Shown piece by piece: positions 33,555 through 46,715 of a stretch of 64,000 nt of DNA. The position numbers were made by a program, and so were the translations under genes. The notes below the pieces were generated by a model, which worked only from the letters and a program-made list of their open reading frames with translations, did not search any database and was not told where the DNA came from. The number at the start of each line of letters is the position of its first letter. Positions within the stretch are counted from its first letter, which is position 1. The DNA comes from Corallochytrium limacisporum Hawaii (Eukaryota > Protista > Pluriformea), in the NCBI GenBank assembly GCA_002811645.1, contig PDIP01000035.1, forward strand, positions 250,024 to 314,023, read 5' to 3'.

Positions 33555-33570
33555 GCAACAGCCATGTGAT

Positions 33571-34962
33571 TCAAGCTACACGAGCACCGTGGGCCATGGG
33601 TACTCCGATTCCGCTGTTGTGTGCGGTGGACTGACGACGGGTGTGCAGATGAACCATGAGACCAGCAACATCGACGGGGTCAACGTCCAGGGTCATGCAA
33701 AGGTGATCGGTAACATCCTTAACCACCGCTTCCTTGTCACAAGGGACCAACAACTCCGCCAAACTGCGGACGTATAGGGCAACGCCCAGTTCAACAACCG
33801 GGGCGTTGGCAATGATGTGATCTTCCATGCTGCGCAGGAGTATCTGCTCAGCGTACCGGGCAATGCCTTTGATGGGATCCTTACGGAGCATACCGTTGCC
33901 GAGAGTGGGTGCGTAAGTCTCAGCCATGGACCAGACAAAGTCCACAGGTGACGCAATGTGCACATCCCAGTCGAGAGCCTTGATCATATTCAGTTCGTGC
34001 TCCCTGAAGGAATCGGCGCAGATGCGAGGATAGAAACCACGAAGCTCCCGGAGGACATTGGTGAGAGTGGGGATGCTGTTCCAGTTCTCGGCGCATTTGA
34101 GCGCAATGTAGAACGCGCAGCAAGCCTCCAGCTCGAGCTTCTGCTGCGGCAGCACCTGGGCACTGCCAAAATGCAGAGCCCGCAGGCTAGCGAGACGCAG
34201 CAAAAGAATGAGCGAGCTTGAGTTGACCTCGGGACGGTCTGTGAACCGTCGGAAGATAAAGGCAGCCCGCTGATGCTCCAGCATGATCTGACGGAGCACG
34301 GGGAGGCTCAGCTCAGCATCGGGGTTGTTGTACCACTGCTGGCGGCGCTCCTTCAGCAGCTTCATCTTCAGACGGTCCAATTGGACAGGATCAATCTCGA
34401 TCCACTCAGCAGGAGTCTGTGGTGACGACGACGTCGACGAGGCCACTGTGCCCTCACTGTCACCCTCAGCCATGGGCGAGGGGGACCGGGGCGTGGACTC
34501 CGTCTCAGAGTCAGATAGAACCATGTCTTCCACGTCCCGCGCGGTGTCCATGGGCTGGTACTGTTCTGTAGCTTCAGGAGTTTTCTCCTCTTGTGCAACA
34601 TCGTGGTGATCCTGGGTAGACGCTCCAAAGAAGAACTGGCTAAAACCCTTGAAGATCTGGCTGATGCGTTTGCTTCCCCGGCGGGTTCCTGCTCCATTCT
34701 CGCTCTGCTGCATACTGTCCATGCTAACTGTCGATGTGGTGGAAACTACGCTGTAACGATTGGTCATTGCGTGAAGGCTGTGATGGCCACCGCTGCTGCC
34801 GCCACCGACCGAGCTTGTCATGCTCACTGTCTCATCGCTGTCCATGCGGGTAACCACCCGGAGGCTGGGTAGCTGTTCCTCGTTGCTTCCATCCGCTCGC
34901 TGCTTCTTTACAACAGGCATTTCTGTATAGCAGGCGTTGCTAACGTTCCGAGAGCGTCGCAT
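33571..34962 (-). CDS. Divergent cyclin-fold protein
   Basis: KLELEACCAFYIALKCAE...FREHELNMIKALDWDVHIASPVDFV resembles cyclin-box helices 3-5 (conserved Lys and Glu); long S/T-rich, PEST-like N-terminus. Confidence 0.78.
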   Translation of the reverse strand: MRRSRNVSNACYTEMPVVKKQRADGSNEEQLPSLRVVTRMDSDETVSMTSSVGGGSSGGHHSLHAMTNRYSVVSTTSTVSMDSMQQSENGAGTRRGSKRISQIFKGFSQFFFGASTQDHHDVAQEEKTPEATEQYQPMDTARDVEDMVLSDSETESTPRSPSPMAEGDSEGTVASSTSSSPQTPAEWIEIDPVQLDRLKMKLLKERRQQWYNNPDAELSLPVLRQIMLEHQRAAFIFRRFTDRPEVNSSSLILLLRLASLRALHFGSAQVLPQQKLELEACCAFYIALKCAENWNSIPTLTNVLRELRGFYPRICADSFREHELNMIKALDWDVHIASPVDFVWSMAETYAPTLGNGMLRKDPIKGIARYAEQILLRSMEDHIIANAPVVELGVALYVRSLAELLVPCDKEAVVKDVTDHLCMTLDVDPVDVAGLMVHLHTRRQSTAHNSGIGVPMAHGARVA

Positions 34963-35649
34963 GGTAATGTGTTACTTCTCTATGTGTTACAAATTTACAA
35001 AACACGCAAACTACGCAGGAGTTGAGACCTGCGATATTCTGCTACCTTGTTCAGCCTACTTGGGTTGTCTCTCTAAGACCATGTGCGTAACCCAAGGTAT
35101 ATGGCACTTGATATCTCTCTACGGTCTGTTGTGAGATCCTGGACCGCGATTCCTTTTCTACTACTAACAAAAGGAAATGCAGACATCCTATGCCCTACGA
35201 CACTGTGGTGGGCAGACCAAAGTACATGGGGGTAAACATGAGATCTCAACTACCTTGCAATGGACGATGCATTTGAAACAACACCAAGCATACGGTCCGT
35301 ACTAGATAATCCGACGGTGTCATCATCAATACGGATTCATCTCTTGCGTTACTAGAGACCTTGAGTTCTGTTTCCTAAGGAACCTCTGTCCCATTCCATT
35401 GGCGCCATATGGCGAATTCCTCTGTTCCTGCCACGGGTCACCTTAAAACACAAAGAACGAGGGACCACAGCGTGAGGGCTCCCCCCCCCCGCGGGGGGCC
35501 ACACTGCGCAGATGGGAAAAAGTAGAAAGCAAGGGAAAGAAATGGGCCTTACACTAAGTATGGGGAATGGCGAGGAAGGGGGGGAGGGTGAATGGGGAAG
35601 AGGAGGGAGAAAAAAAGGAGGGGGAGCCGGCCGCACTCCCCTCCCCCCC

Positions 35650-36166
35650 NNNNNNNNNNNNNNNNNNNNNNNNNNNNNNNNNNNNNNNNNNNNNNNNNNN
35701 NNNNNNNNNNNNNNNNNNNNNNNNNNNNNNNNNNNNNNNNNNNNNNNNNNNNNNNNNNNNNNNNNNNNNNNNNNNNNNNNNNNNNNNNNNNNNNNNNNNN
35801 NNNNNNNNNNNNNNNNNNNNNNNNNNNNNNNNNNNNNNNNNNNNNNNNNNNNNNNNNNNNNNNNNNNNNNNNNNNNNNNNNNNNNNNNNNNNNNNNNNNN
35901 NNNNNNNNNNNNNNNNNNNNNNNNNNNNNNNNNNNNNNNNNNNNNNNNNNNNNNNNNNNNNNNNNNNNNNNNNNNNNNNNNNNNNNNNNNNNNNNNNNNN
36001 NNNNNNNNNNNNNNNNNNNNNNNNNNNNNNNNNNNNNNNNNNNNNNNNNNNNNNNNNNNNNNNNNNNNNNNNNNNNNNNNNNNNNNNNNNNNNNNNNNNN
36101 NNNNNNNNNNNNNNNNNNNNNNNNNNNNNNNNNNNNNNNNNNNNNNNNNNNNNNNNNNNNNNNNNN
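35650..36166. other. Assembly gap (N run)
   Basis: Ns flanked by a C-run on the left and G-runs on the right. Confidence 1.
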
Positions 36167-37967
36167 GGGAGGGGGGGAGGGGGGGAGGGAGGCAGCGGTT
36201 TGGGTTGTATGCAAACTCTCCCCCCTTTTTTTCTTGTTCCTTCTGGTCTCCCGTTGTCAGCTTTTTGTTTTCTTGCCCTTTACTTATTGCTTTGTGGGGG
36301 TCCCTTGGATATCCATGAACGGAGTACCGGGACCCGTAACCATTTTTCATCTCTCGCTCACTCACTCTCTCTCTCTCTCTCTCATCGTGTCTCAGTTCGT
36401 TTGCCGTTGTTCTTTCCTTGCCTTTCTCCGGTATCTGCCGTGCCACGGAGCCGCAAGGAACAGAGGGAAAAGAGTCAGAAAGAACTAAAGAAAGATAAGA
36501 AAAAAAAGAAAAGAAAAAACACTGACACAGCGTCCGAGGGGTAAGAAAGGAGGGCTCTCTCACTGTTCTCTGTTTATTGTGACGACGGCCCTGTAACTAC
36601 CCAGCGCAGGACGACGAAAGGAAAAAGAGGGGAGAGGGGGGCCAGTCAGTCTCACAGCCTGACCCCTGAGCAGACAAGAAGCGACGACACATTCAACAAC
36701 ACCGATCCCCCCCTTCCCCGCCCGGAGGGGGAGAGGGGGGGGGGCCTTCGCCCTCTGCTACCAAATTGGAAACTTTCTCTGCGTGGTTCTTTGGGCATAC
36801 AAAATCGCACCCCCCCCACAGCTCCAAACTTCTCCGTTTTCTAATATTTCCAGCGCACGCGGTTCTCACCCAGAGAGTAGTAGAACACCAATTTCTTCAT
36901 GAGTTTCACCGTTAGGGGAATCTTCATTAGGGGGCCCAATCTTTGCGAGGAAATCATTATATCTATTCATTATATATGAAACCCCCGTACCCTTGTCTGC
37001 AGACCCGCCGACAAATATTGAGCAGGGAGAACAATAAAATTCTTCACACCCGAAGTGCAGGCCGCCGATTCATGGTAGCAGCTACAAGCGCAGAAATACA
37101 TTCATCATTTTGTGCCATATAATCACTACCGAAAATAGCTATATCCCGTGTGCGCAGCGGCGGGTACCCATCTTCACATGACGCACACATTACACAAGGT
37201 CCACACAGACATTTCCCCTGAACACACTCTTCAATATTTATAGTGAATTCATTGTAATTTAACGCACACAGCACACCATAGTCGGATCTCCACCCCCTCC
37301 TCACATCCCCTACCCGCTCCCTCCCACATTTTACGCTGGAGTCATCGGGTAGTGTGTTCCGTTTTGCAACGTCTCTACCACGAGCTCTTGGCCATTTAAT
37401 ATTGCAATGACATTGGGACTTTGGGAATGTGTGCAAATTAGCGGCAATATTGTCTACAGCAATTACATACTATTTAAGAAGGGAGGGGAAGGTTGGGAGG
37501 TTCAAGAAAGAAAGAAGGATCCGCCCATAACACCGTGACTCCCTCTCCCTTCGGTTCCATCCCTGTCCCTCTGTGTGTGTCTCTCTCACTGTCTGTGTGT
37601 GTGTGTTGTGTGTGTTGTGTGTGTGTCTCTCTCTCTCTCTCTTTCCCTGTGTCTCAGTGTTTGTCTGTAGCGCGCTCCGACTCCGTCTCCCGAGCTCTGG
37701 GCGTGTCGTTTACACAGAAAAACCTCGGGTCTGGCATCCGCCCAACCGCCCAAACTGCGTAGAGGGGCCAGATACCTTCCCCGCTGCTACCTGGTCTTAG
37801 CTCACCGCGACGTGAATACCTAAACAGTAGGATCCCAAAAAGAATGCGAAGAAGCTTTGGGTCAAAACCCACTGTGCTGACATTTGCGGAAATTATGCCA
37901 CTCAAATTCGAAACATTCGACGTGCACAAGGTTCCATCAAAAAAAAAAAAAGAAAAGAAAAAAAAGA

Positions 37968-37994
37968 ACGACGACGACGACGACGACGACGACG
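37968..37994. repeat. (ACG)9 trinucleotide repeat following an A-tract
   Basis: acg repeats directly after the A-rich tract starting at 37939. Confidence 0.9.
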
Positions 37995-38817
37995 GCATTC
38001 TGTGCCACTTGTTTCGTCAATGCGCCACTTTTTCTCCGTAGCAATCTTCCTTCTGCTCCCGTGGCCGAAACTCACCTACCTTCCCTTCCCTTCCCTACCG
38101 GCTCCCCTGGGGGGAGAGAGGACTCCTTCCTTGCTATTTTTCTTTGTTTCTCTTCGCTTCTGTTTCTTTCTCAATTCTCTCTTTTGGCCGGCTCCTTCCA
38201 TACACAATATTGCCGCTTGGTCTTGGTAACTTTTTTTGAGCTCTAAGGTTCTGGTGGTACTGAAACCGCTTTGGGGAAAAGAGAGGGCCGCAGCGAATCT
38301 GTCCACGAACGTCGGTCCCCATTTCTTTTCTCATGTCCTTTTTGTTTCTTTTATGTTTCCATTTCCTTTTATTCCTTTATTTCTCCAGGCTGGCTTGGGG
38401 GAGGATCGGCGATCTTTTGTTTCTCCTCCGTGGGCTTCGGGGATATTTTGGTTTTAAGAGAGGTGCCCGCGTGCTTGCTGCGTTGGACAGCGTCGATTGG
38501 GCGTCTGGTGACACTGCGTTGCGCTGCGATAACGTTCGTCGGGACACAACAACCGCACACCAAGCACGCATTCGGAGCACACGGGCAGGTTTTGTTTACG
38601 GTTTAGTTTTGCTTCGAAAACACAAACACACAAAACACAAAGGCGGCTGCGTACTGTTTATGGTGTGCAGTTTGGTGCATGGCAGAGCGTCCACAGAGAT
38701 TTTTTACACTCTTGTCATTCATTTTTTTCTGTTGTGATTTTTAATCCATATATATATATATATTGAATGTGTGCCTTTTCTCTGTGTTGAGTCATATTTG
38801 CGTATCGCCCGGGAGGG

Positions 38818-38820
<3 letters not shown>

Positions 38821-38868
<48 letters not shown>
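38821..38868. repeat. (TC)n microsatellite
   Basis: About 24 TC units. Confidence 0.97.
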
Positions 38869-38871
<3 letters not shown>

Positions 38872-40991
38872 TCTCTCAGCGGACAGCACGAAATGTATCT
38901 GCTGACGGTTTTCATGCGCACCTCCCCGCCCCCATCTCCCGACCTAACCCCCCTCCGCCTGGGATTTCTGGAGTACTCACATCAAAGAAAAAAAAAGAGA
39001 GTGACACGGGACACAGGCACACGGTTTGCAAGGTGGAACACTGAATGTCAGCAACACACCAGACTGCGGCCGGCGAACAACGCTTTTCTACCACTCACTC
39101 ACTCACACTGTCTTCTTTGCCTTTTTCTTGATGAATGTGCTTTTGTTACTGTAACGACTCTGTGTACCTTCTGTTGTTCCTTTCGGTTCTTGGACCTTTG
39201 CTGCTTGCCCTCCCCTCCCCCTCTGTGGGGATCCTGCTTCAGTACTGAAACAATCGACAATTCTCTACATCTGCTTATGGCTATGGTGAAGCAGAAAAAA
39301 ATAAACAAAGGAAGCCAGATTTATGGCACATTGCTTCCACGGTTCAGGCAATGTTCCGACATTTTTTTCTATAGCCCTTGGAACCCTCCCTCCCGCCCTT
39401 TCAGACGGAAGCAGGATTTTTGGCTTGCGTTGTCCTTTTTCCATAGTCAGAAAGGATTACCTTTTTTTTTAATTTTGTGATGAGAGCAGAATAATTATGG
39501 AGAAGAGATCAATTCAGAATGCGGATGAGATGGATCAAAACGTCCGGTGTTCTTTGAAACCGTTGCGTGCGCTGACTTTACCGTTTTCTTAAGGCACCCC
39601 GTGCAAATCGTCAGCTCTCTCCCGGCCCATCTCTCTGCCACGTATATAGTATACATAAACACCGCTCCCACAATTTTTTTCTTCATTTGCTTGCAGCAAC
39701 TGCGTAGCATTTCTTGCTCACCGTCGTGTCCTCATGAAAGCCTGATTTTGGTTTTTTGTGTCAGGTTTCACCGGTTGTGCTCAGCTGGATTTCCCGGGCA
39801 GTGCTACTCTTCACTTCGGCCCTGACCAAAAGAAGAAACTTTCCTGCTCAGAAACAAAAAGTACAAAATTGAAGAAAAAAAAAGGATAAAGAGAAAAGAG
39901 AAAAGCGAGAGAGAGAGAGAGAGTATGGTTTTCTTTTGAAAAGGTAAAAGACCTGGATCAGAAAAGAGATCATGTATTGAGTATATACGGAAGAAGGCAA
40001 GAGTTGGGCACAGGCACATGATCAATCGTCAATTGAACACACCCCCAACGTCAGAACCCACGGACCTTGTCCCGCGAAGGTCGCCCATGCCTGGTTTCCC
40101 TCCGGGTGGACAATCTTTTGGCGTGTGCGCGACGGAGAGAGTGATTCCCCAGAGCGAAAATAGTCGTAGCACTAGTACTGAGTGGTGGAGGTCTGTGTTG
40201 CTGGGGTTTGCGAGCAGACGTATGCGGTCGTTGTCGTCCAAAATCGGAGTGCAAGCCCCTCTCCGCACCGGCAACTATGGCATTCAATCTAAACGGCAAA
40301 AGAGTAAGAGAGCCATTGAACCACAACAATAGCATGCGATTGCGCGAGAGCCGTTACTTCTGGTCAGAGTATTTTGTACCTCTTTCTACTTCCTCACGAA
40401 GCCACTCCCTAATGTCGATCCATCATCGCCTTCTTAATTGCTGCACGCAGCGGTTGTAGACATGTGGGTGGGTAAAAAGCGGTCGCATCCCTCGCCTGTT
40501 TGACATCTGCGAAGAGAGTAGAGAGTGCACACTGTACATGTACCAGCACCATTCTACATGGCTCAACGTCTCCTGTACCATGTGCCATTGCTGGGGAAGG
40601 CATAAAAGAGAACATATCATGCCCGCATACTTTCAAAGTGTTTCATTCAAAACACCAAGTGCTTTCAGTTTCATCACTATTTAATATTGCTGCGAGACCC
40701 CTATGATCATGAACCCACCTTGGCACTGCTAATTTGTTGTATCTACTGAGAGAATTGTAAACTCATGCTACTGTACCACCTGTTGTACTACCATCCAATC
40801 GGGATTCGGTTTCAGGGGCCGGTGCGCATATGGCACCCTCGTCTTCCGCCATGTATGCGATGCCGATGGCCAAAACACACAACAATTAACCCGACCCTCC
40901 TCCCCTCCCGCCCTCCTCCTCCTGCCCACGCGAAGCACGGGAAAAAGGTAATAACATGCCACACGGCGAGTACGGACAAGGCATCAATTGG

Positions 40992-41217
40992 NNNNNNNNN
41001 NNNNNNNNNNNNNNNNNNNNNNNNNNNNNNNNNNNNNNNNNNNNNNNNNNNNNNNNNNNNNNNNNNNNNNNNNNNNNNNNNNNNNNNNNNNNNNNNNNNN
41101 NNNNNNNNNNNNNNNNNNNNNNNNNNNNNNNNNNNNNNNNNNNNNNNNNNNNNNNNNNNNNNNNNNNNNNNNNNNNNNNNNNNNNNNNNNNNNNNNNNNN
41201 NNNNNNNNNNNNNNNNN
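40992..41217. other. Assembly gap (N run)
   Basis: Ns followed by a G-run. Confidence 1.
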
Positions 41218-44200
41218 GGGGGCCGCAAATTCCTGTACACTTTGACCCGTTCCACCCGGGATTTTTTGTTTTTTTGTTTGAGCATAAATCGAAGCACCTA
41301 AGGGTCCAAGTTCACACAGAAGCATCTTTCGGTATTCAAAACGTTTGTGTTCCTCGCACATGGCCCATCTGCACACCCCATAGGCAATGCTGAAGAAATT
41401 TAGCAAACGCAGACCAATTCTTAATTAACAGGGATGACACTGGGACATGAATGGTCCCACACGTACCTACACATCCCCAAGGTCGCAAGTGTAGCGGACG
41501 ACCTCAGTCACACGACGACATCGTAGGCATTTCTTTTGGGGATAGTCATTCGTGTTCCTCCGAACAAATGCAACAGGTGGCTGGAATTCCATTGATCAAT
41601 TCGCTTACGTTTTGTCGACAGACAGTTCACCACCATGGCGGCGGGGTCGAGGGCAGTGGCATCCAGCACCAGCGGTGATGTAGGGGGTGGGTAAGTGAGT
41701 GTGCCTGTGAATGTCCGTGTGTTGTGCCTCTGCGTATAAGGACGAGAGCAAGGCCACTACTGCTGCGACCCGCTCTGCTCAAACAGACAGTGAGTGGGCG
41801 GGTGTGGAAACAATCCGCCGTGTCTTACTTACCTGTACTGGTAAGCATCACACATGTCCATAACTTTGTAGCACAATGACTGCAAAATGTCGCGGGGTCC
41901 CCAGTTCTTCTTCCTTCGTTCCACTCTCTGTAAAAGGCAGGGTTATCCGAGAATTGTAAACAGTGGCCCTGACCTCGATGATAAATAGGTACTGGCCCGG
42001 TCGGGGATCGGAGAATTTTGGACTTGCCCTTTCTATAGAAAATGGCCCAGATAAATTGATCAGGCGGCGTAGAAGTAGGAAGGGACAGACAAGTTGCCGT
42101 CAGAGACCAGACATCGACGGGGCAGCCACCAAGTCTGGACCGTCCCATGTTCATTCCAAATATCATCGACTCTTTACAACCAGTGAATGTGATGTACATC
42201 ATCTATGACCACATTCAACAGCCAACACTCCGGAGCCATTCTCCAGTCAGGCATCATGCGAACATGGTCATTATGCCCTGGTACGACCTTCTTTAAACAT
42301 CAAAACTGAGCAAATGTGTTCAGGACCAACACCACCATTAACGCTGCCTTTCTTGACATCACTTTCTATGCCGATGCCACCACCACCAGGAGTATTGGTT
42401 TACTATGAATTCATGACGCAGTTGAGAGTCACCCATGTGCATGTTGGTGGATGCAAACTGAGGGAGATCCACGGACCGGAATGCAGCGTTAGTAAGCTTT
42501 ACTCCGTCAGCAGCAGTGATTGCAACAGACCGCATGGCGGCAGACCCGAAGAACCGAAGTCTCCAGGTTGCGTCAGGATCTCAAGATAACAACCCGCACA
42601 AGTTCCATATATTTTGTATAGAACGCTGCGACAAACCAAGACAAGCCCGGAAACTGAGGAGGAGTAATACGGGTGCCGTATCATCAACATCTCAAGCGTG
42701 TGTGCTTAATCCGTTCCGTCCGACTCAGACACACTTTGACACACACACACACACAGAGAGCACACACAGCACCGCCCGGCGCACACGCGTGGGGGCGGTA
42801 ATTCCTTTCTGTTCTCCCGTATCATTTTCTCATAATGCCGCTATGACCAACCACCACCACTCCTTGCGGGATGGGTATGGGTGGTACAGTGACACGGTGT
42901 TTGGGGTATATACGTATGACACCAACACACCCGAGGTTTTGGGGGAGGGAGGGAGGGACCCGTGTGCACCTCTCCTGTGTATTTCGTCTCCTTAGGCCCT
43001 TCCTGGGCTTGGGCACCCCGGGTTTTTCTCCTAGCCGATTCTCTCTTCTCTATTTTTTTGCCGCCCCCCCCCCCACCTTCCCTCCCTTATTGAAATATCT
43101 CCTAATTTTTTTTGTGTGGGGTATTTCTTTTCTTGTTTCGTTTTGGTTTTTCCGGTAATGGGCAGTGTCATTTTCTGGCGTGCGTGTGTGCTTGCGCGGA
43201 AGCACGGGCCGGCAGCAATGGACAAAGGGGCCTTGGTTTTGTCCTTTTTTTTTTCTATTTTGCCTCTTGGCTTATTGATTAACTGTCGGTGCACATACAC
43301 ACACACCGATAACATCCCTGTTTGGCAAAAAAGAAAAAAGACCGGGACAGTACGTATTTCGTCGAAGTAGTCAATGTTGTAGCATTTGTATCAATTTCAT
43401 CCTTTCATCTTCGTCGTCCACCACCAATATATATTTTTTTTGGGGGGGGGGGCCAGGGGGGAGATTTTTTTCCCTTAAAATGCAAGGGACACAAACAATT
43501 CTTGCGAGAGCATTCCTGGAGCTATTAAAACTGTTCAGGAGGGGGGGTGTGGAAAATTTCCTTTCCTCCTTTTTATCATTCTTCATTCCCGCGTAAGTAC
43601 TACTGTACCGATTGTTTTGGGTATCAGAGTTGCCTAGACGAGACGGGTCTGGGGATGAGTTTGACGAAAATCCGATGAATACGCAAGGTAAGGTGTCCTC
43701 TTCAGGTAACACAGAAAACAACAAAGAGAGATTGAAAGGACGGTGATAGTTGGTAGAAAGAGAGGAGGAAAAGAGGGAGGGGAGGAGGGCGCGATTTGAT
43801 TGAGCAAAAGGGGTTTAATTTTTGGCCGTTCATAAACCAAACCACTCCCAATGAACACACATCACCACCACCAACCCCCGCCCCCCCCACCTCTGCCTTT
43901 TTATATCCGACGAGGTGCCCTTTTCTCTTGCGGATCCACGCGATCTCGTTCTCCCAAAAAAAAAAATAACAAATGAGAGATAAACGGAAGACTCCGTAGA
44001 GCAGCAAACGCAAGGTGAACCCCCCCCTCCACCATTTCAAAAACTTCTGACCTCTTGCGCCGGGTTCTGAGTAATTCCCAGCACACCTCTTACGATGACA
44101 ACACCGCCTTCTCCGTACTGAATGTACTAAATGTACCCTGCCGGAAAGGAGGAAGGAGAGTTGGAAAATCTTGTGTCGATGACACACACTATCTAGTCTC

Positions 44201-45556
44201 TTTTTTGGTAGTAGTGGTGTGGTGGTCGTTCTCCGATCTTATCCTTCCCCTCTCTCTCTCTGTGTGTGTGTCTCTCTCTGTTCCTCTCTTTCTTTCCGTG
44301 CTTTTCTTCGGACCTTTAAGAGTAACGGCCATGATTCTTTTGGCCACAGTTGTTTTTTTTTGATTGCCAAAGTTGTTGTGTTGCTTGAGAATGTGCCTGT
44401 CTGCCCTGCTAATCTGACGGAAAGAAAGATTTTGGTCACACACCTCTCAAAAACTCACTCCGGGGTGGGGCCGGAAAAGAAAAGGAGAAAGAGAGAGAAA
44501 GAAAAAGAAAGAAAAACCATGGAGCCTCGATGGTTTGTGGGCTGGGAAACCGGAACGAGCTCGTCCCGCGCGCTTCGTCGCGGGGCTCGCTCTGCCCCCC
44601 CCCTCTCTCTATCTCCCTCTCTCTCTGAGGTGTCTGTTGCCGTGTTTTTTTCCATAAATTTTCCTTGCTCTTTTGGTTACGGAGACGATGGGTGATCGTC
44701 TGGATGTAATTCTGGAAACCCCGTTCTCCGGGGTACTCTCTTCGTTCTCTTTCTTTCTCTTTCTTTTCGTTACTTTATTTTCTGGACATATACTTTCACT
44801 ATAGCCGGACGGACGAATCCAGACGCACTGAGAAAGTGAGAGGTCTCCGTTGGGAACAAATTTTGCTCGGAGTTTCTGCGGGATTCTTCGGGGATCTCTT
44901 AGATTGTTGTGTTGCAGAGCATTGGCCTTCAATAGACAAGCAAAAGATTAGGGGTTTTGTTTTATTTTAAATGTCTAGTTCTCCTCAGACTTGCATCTCC
45001 GGGACCCGCTCCATCTGGGAAAATGAAAGAAAGAAATGCTTAATCACACTCATACACACACACCTGAGAAAGCCCGGAGTGAGAAGGCACAGGAGAAAAA
45101 AACTATGAAACAAAACAAAAAGAAAAGTAAAAGAGAAACAGAACAATTCAAACTAGTAGAATTCAATCCAAACAACCGGGAAAGGAAAGTAAGCAATATG
45201 AGAAAATATAAAGAAACATCTCGGACAATGAATAAGCCCCGAAGAGAGGCTTCTGTATGGTATACTTGGATAGTATTTACTATCTGCCGCCTCTCTCTCT
45301 CTCTTTTTCATTTTTGATTCGTTCTAAAACTCTTGGGTTTTTATTTCTTTCTCTCTCTCTCTCTCTGTGTCTCCTCCCTGCTTTTCCTTTGCCCGCCCCG
45401 CGGTTAGTGTCCCTACTACCGCTAATCTCATAATGACTGTACTGGATCTATTGGTTCTCTGCGGTATGTTTGTTATGCACCGCGATCGATCTCCACTTTT
45501 TTCCCTCTTTGGCCCTTACAATTCTTTCTCCGCGCATTCCAGCACATTTCATCCGA

Positions 45557-45560
<4 letters not shown>

Positions 45561-45600
<40 letters not shown>
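45561..45600. repeat. (TC)20 microsatellite
   Basis: Direct reading. Confidence 0.97.
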
Positions 45601-45605
<5 letters not shown>

Positions 45606-46119
45606 CTGTGTTTGTCTTTCTTCTTTGCTCTTAGGAGCCGCGCTTTACTACGTTCGTTCCTTTTGTTGCACGGTGTGGAACAGTTTCTCGCGTAGGTTGG
45701 CTATATAAATTTCCTTGCGGAGTAGGCAAGAACTGGAGAGAAAGAAAGAGAGGAAAGAAAAGAAGGAGAGAAGAAAAATAAAAAGGAAGCAAAACGACAA
45801 TTACACAAAGCGGCCCTGCAAAAGGGGCCCAGAGGGAAAAGAAGAAAAGAATGGGCGCTCTTTTGCCTTGCGCAAAAAAGAATAAAAAAGTTGGGCAGGG
45901 TCAGGGTGGCGATCGACTCTCTCGGTTGTGCGATGCAATGTACATAGAAATGGATGCGCCACACTTGCTTTTTTTAATTCTTTCTTCTTCTCTCTCTTTT
46001 TCCAATATAAAAAATAACAATATAAAAAATAAGAAAAAAATGGAAGGAAGGGGGGGATGGTTGTTGTCGGGTGTCAAATTTCTCATCAATTTTTTGTTTT
46101 CATTGCTCTTTTCGTGAAA

Positions 46120-46142
46120 GGCCCCCCCCGGGGGGGGGGGCC
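46120..46142. repeat. GG-C8-G11-CC quasi-palindrome
   Basis: ggccccccccgggggggggggcc. Confidence 0.85.
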
Positions 46143-46715
46143 ACGGGGCGGCTTAGTTTTTGCCTTATTTTTTTAAAAGCACTCTTGCTCCGCACCGGCC
46201 AAAGGTTGGCCGCCGGAGGGTTTTAAAAAATTAAGGGTTCGGCCAAGGGGGCCAAAACCCCCCGCTCTTTTTTTTTTCCCTTCCCTTGGCTTGCACTGCC
46301 CACACCTCGCGGTGTGGGCCACCGCCCAACCCGGCGGGAGCGACACCAGGGCCCATACTTTCACTACGAAAAATAGGCGGGAAGAACAGAGGGGGAGGGG
46401 CCGTTTGGTGGTTCTCTTGTGTGTGTGTGTGTGTGTGTGTGGGCACCGGGCCGTGGACCGCAGAACGCCGATTAAGCAGTAGCGGTCTGAAACCGGTGGG
46501 CCTGCAGGGCAGCAGGAAGTTTGCGGGAGCGGTGATCGGGCCTCGTCGGTGGCCGAGGGAATCCATCGTCATTTGTGTTCTCCTTTTGGATGTTTGGGAG
46601 AGTCGCATCTGGTTGCATGGAGTGAAAAGGAAAGATGCCCCGGAGCACCTCAAGTTGGATTGGGAGTGGGAAAACGAGAGATCTCAAGGATGATGCTGCT
46701 AAAAGGCTCCGCGCT

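Noticed and set aside
35352-36563. Long ORFs spanning N gaps and microsatellites (also at 30.5-32.0, 40.8-41.4 and 54.2-55.7 kb)
   Set aside because: Artefacts of Ns and low-complexity sequence
39999-40009. AAGAGTTGGGC, identical to part of vertebrate telomerase RNA P6.1
   Set aside because: The following bases cannot form the P6.1 stem and no template is nearby
41826-41910. U1 snRNA (TACTTACCTG start)
   Set aside because: Lacks the U1-70K and U1A loops and the correct spacing to an Sm site; more simply a minus-strand CAG/GTAAGTA donor-like or chance match
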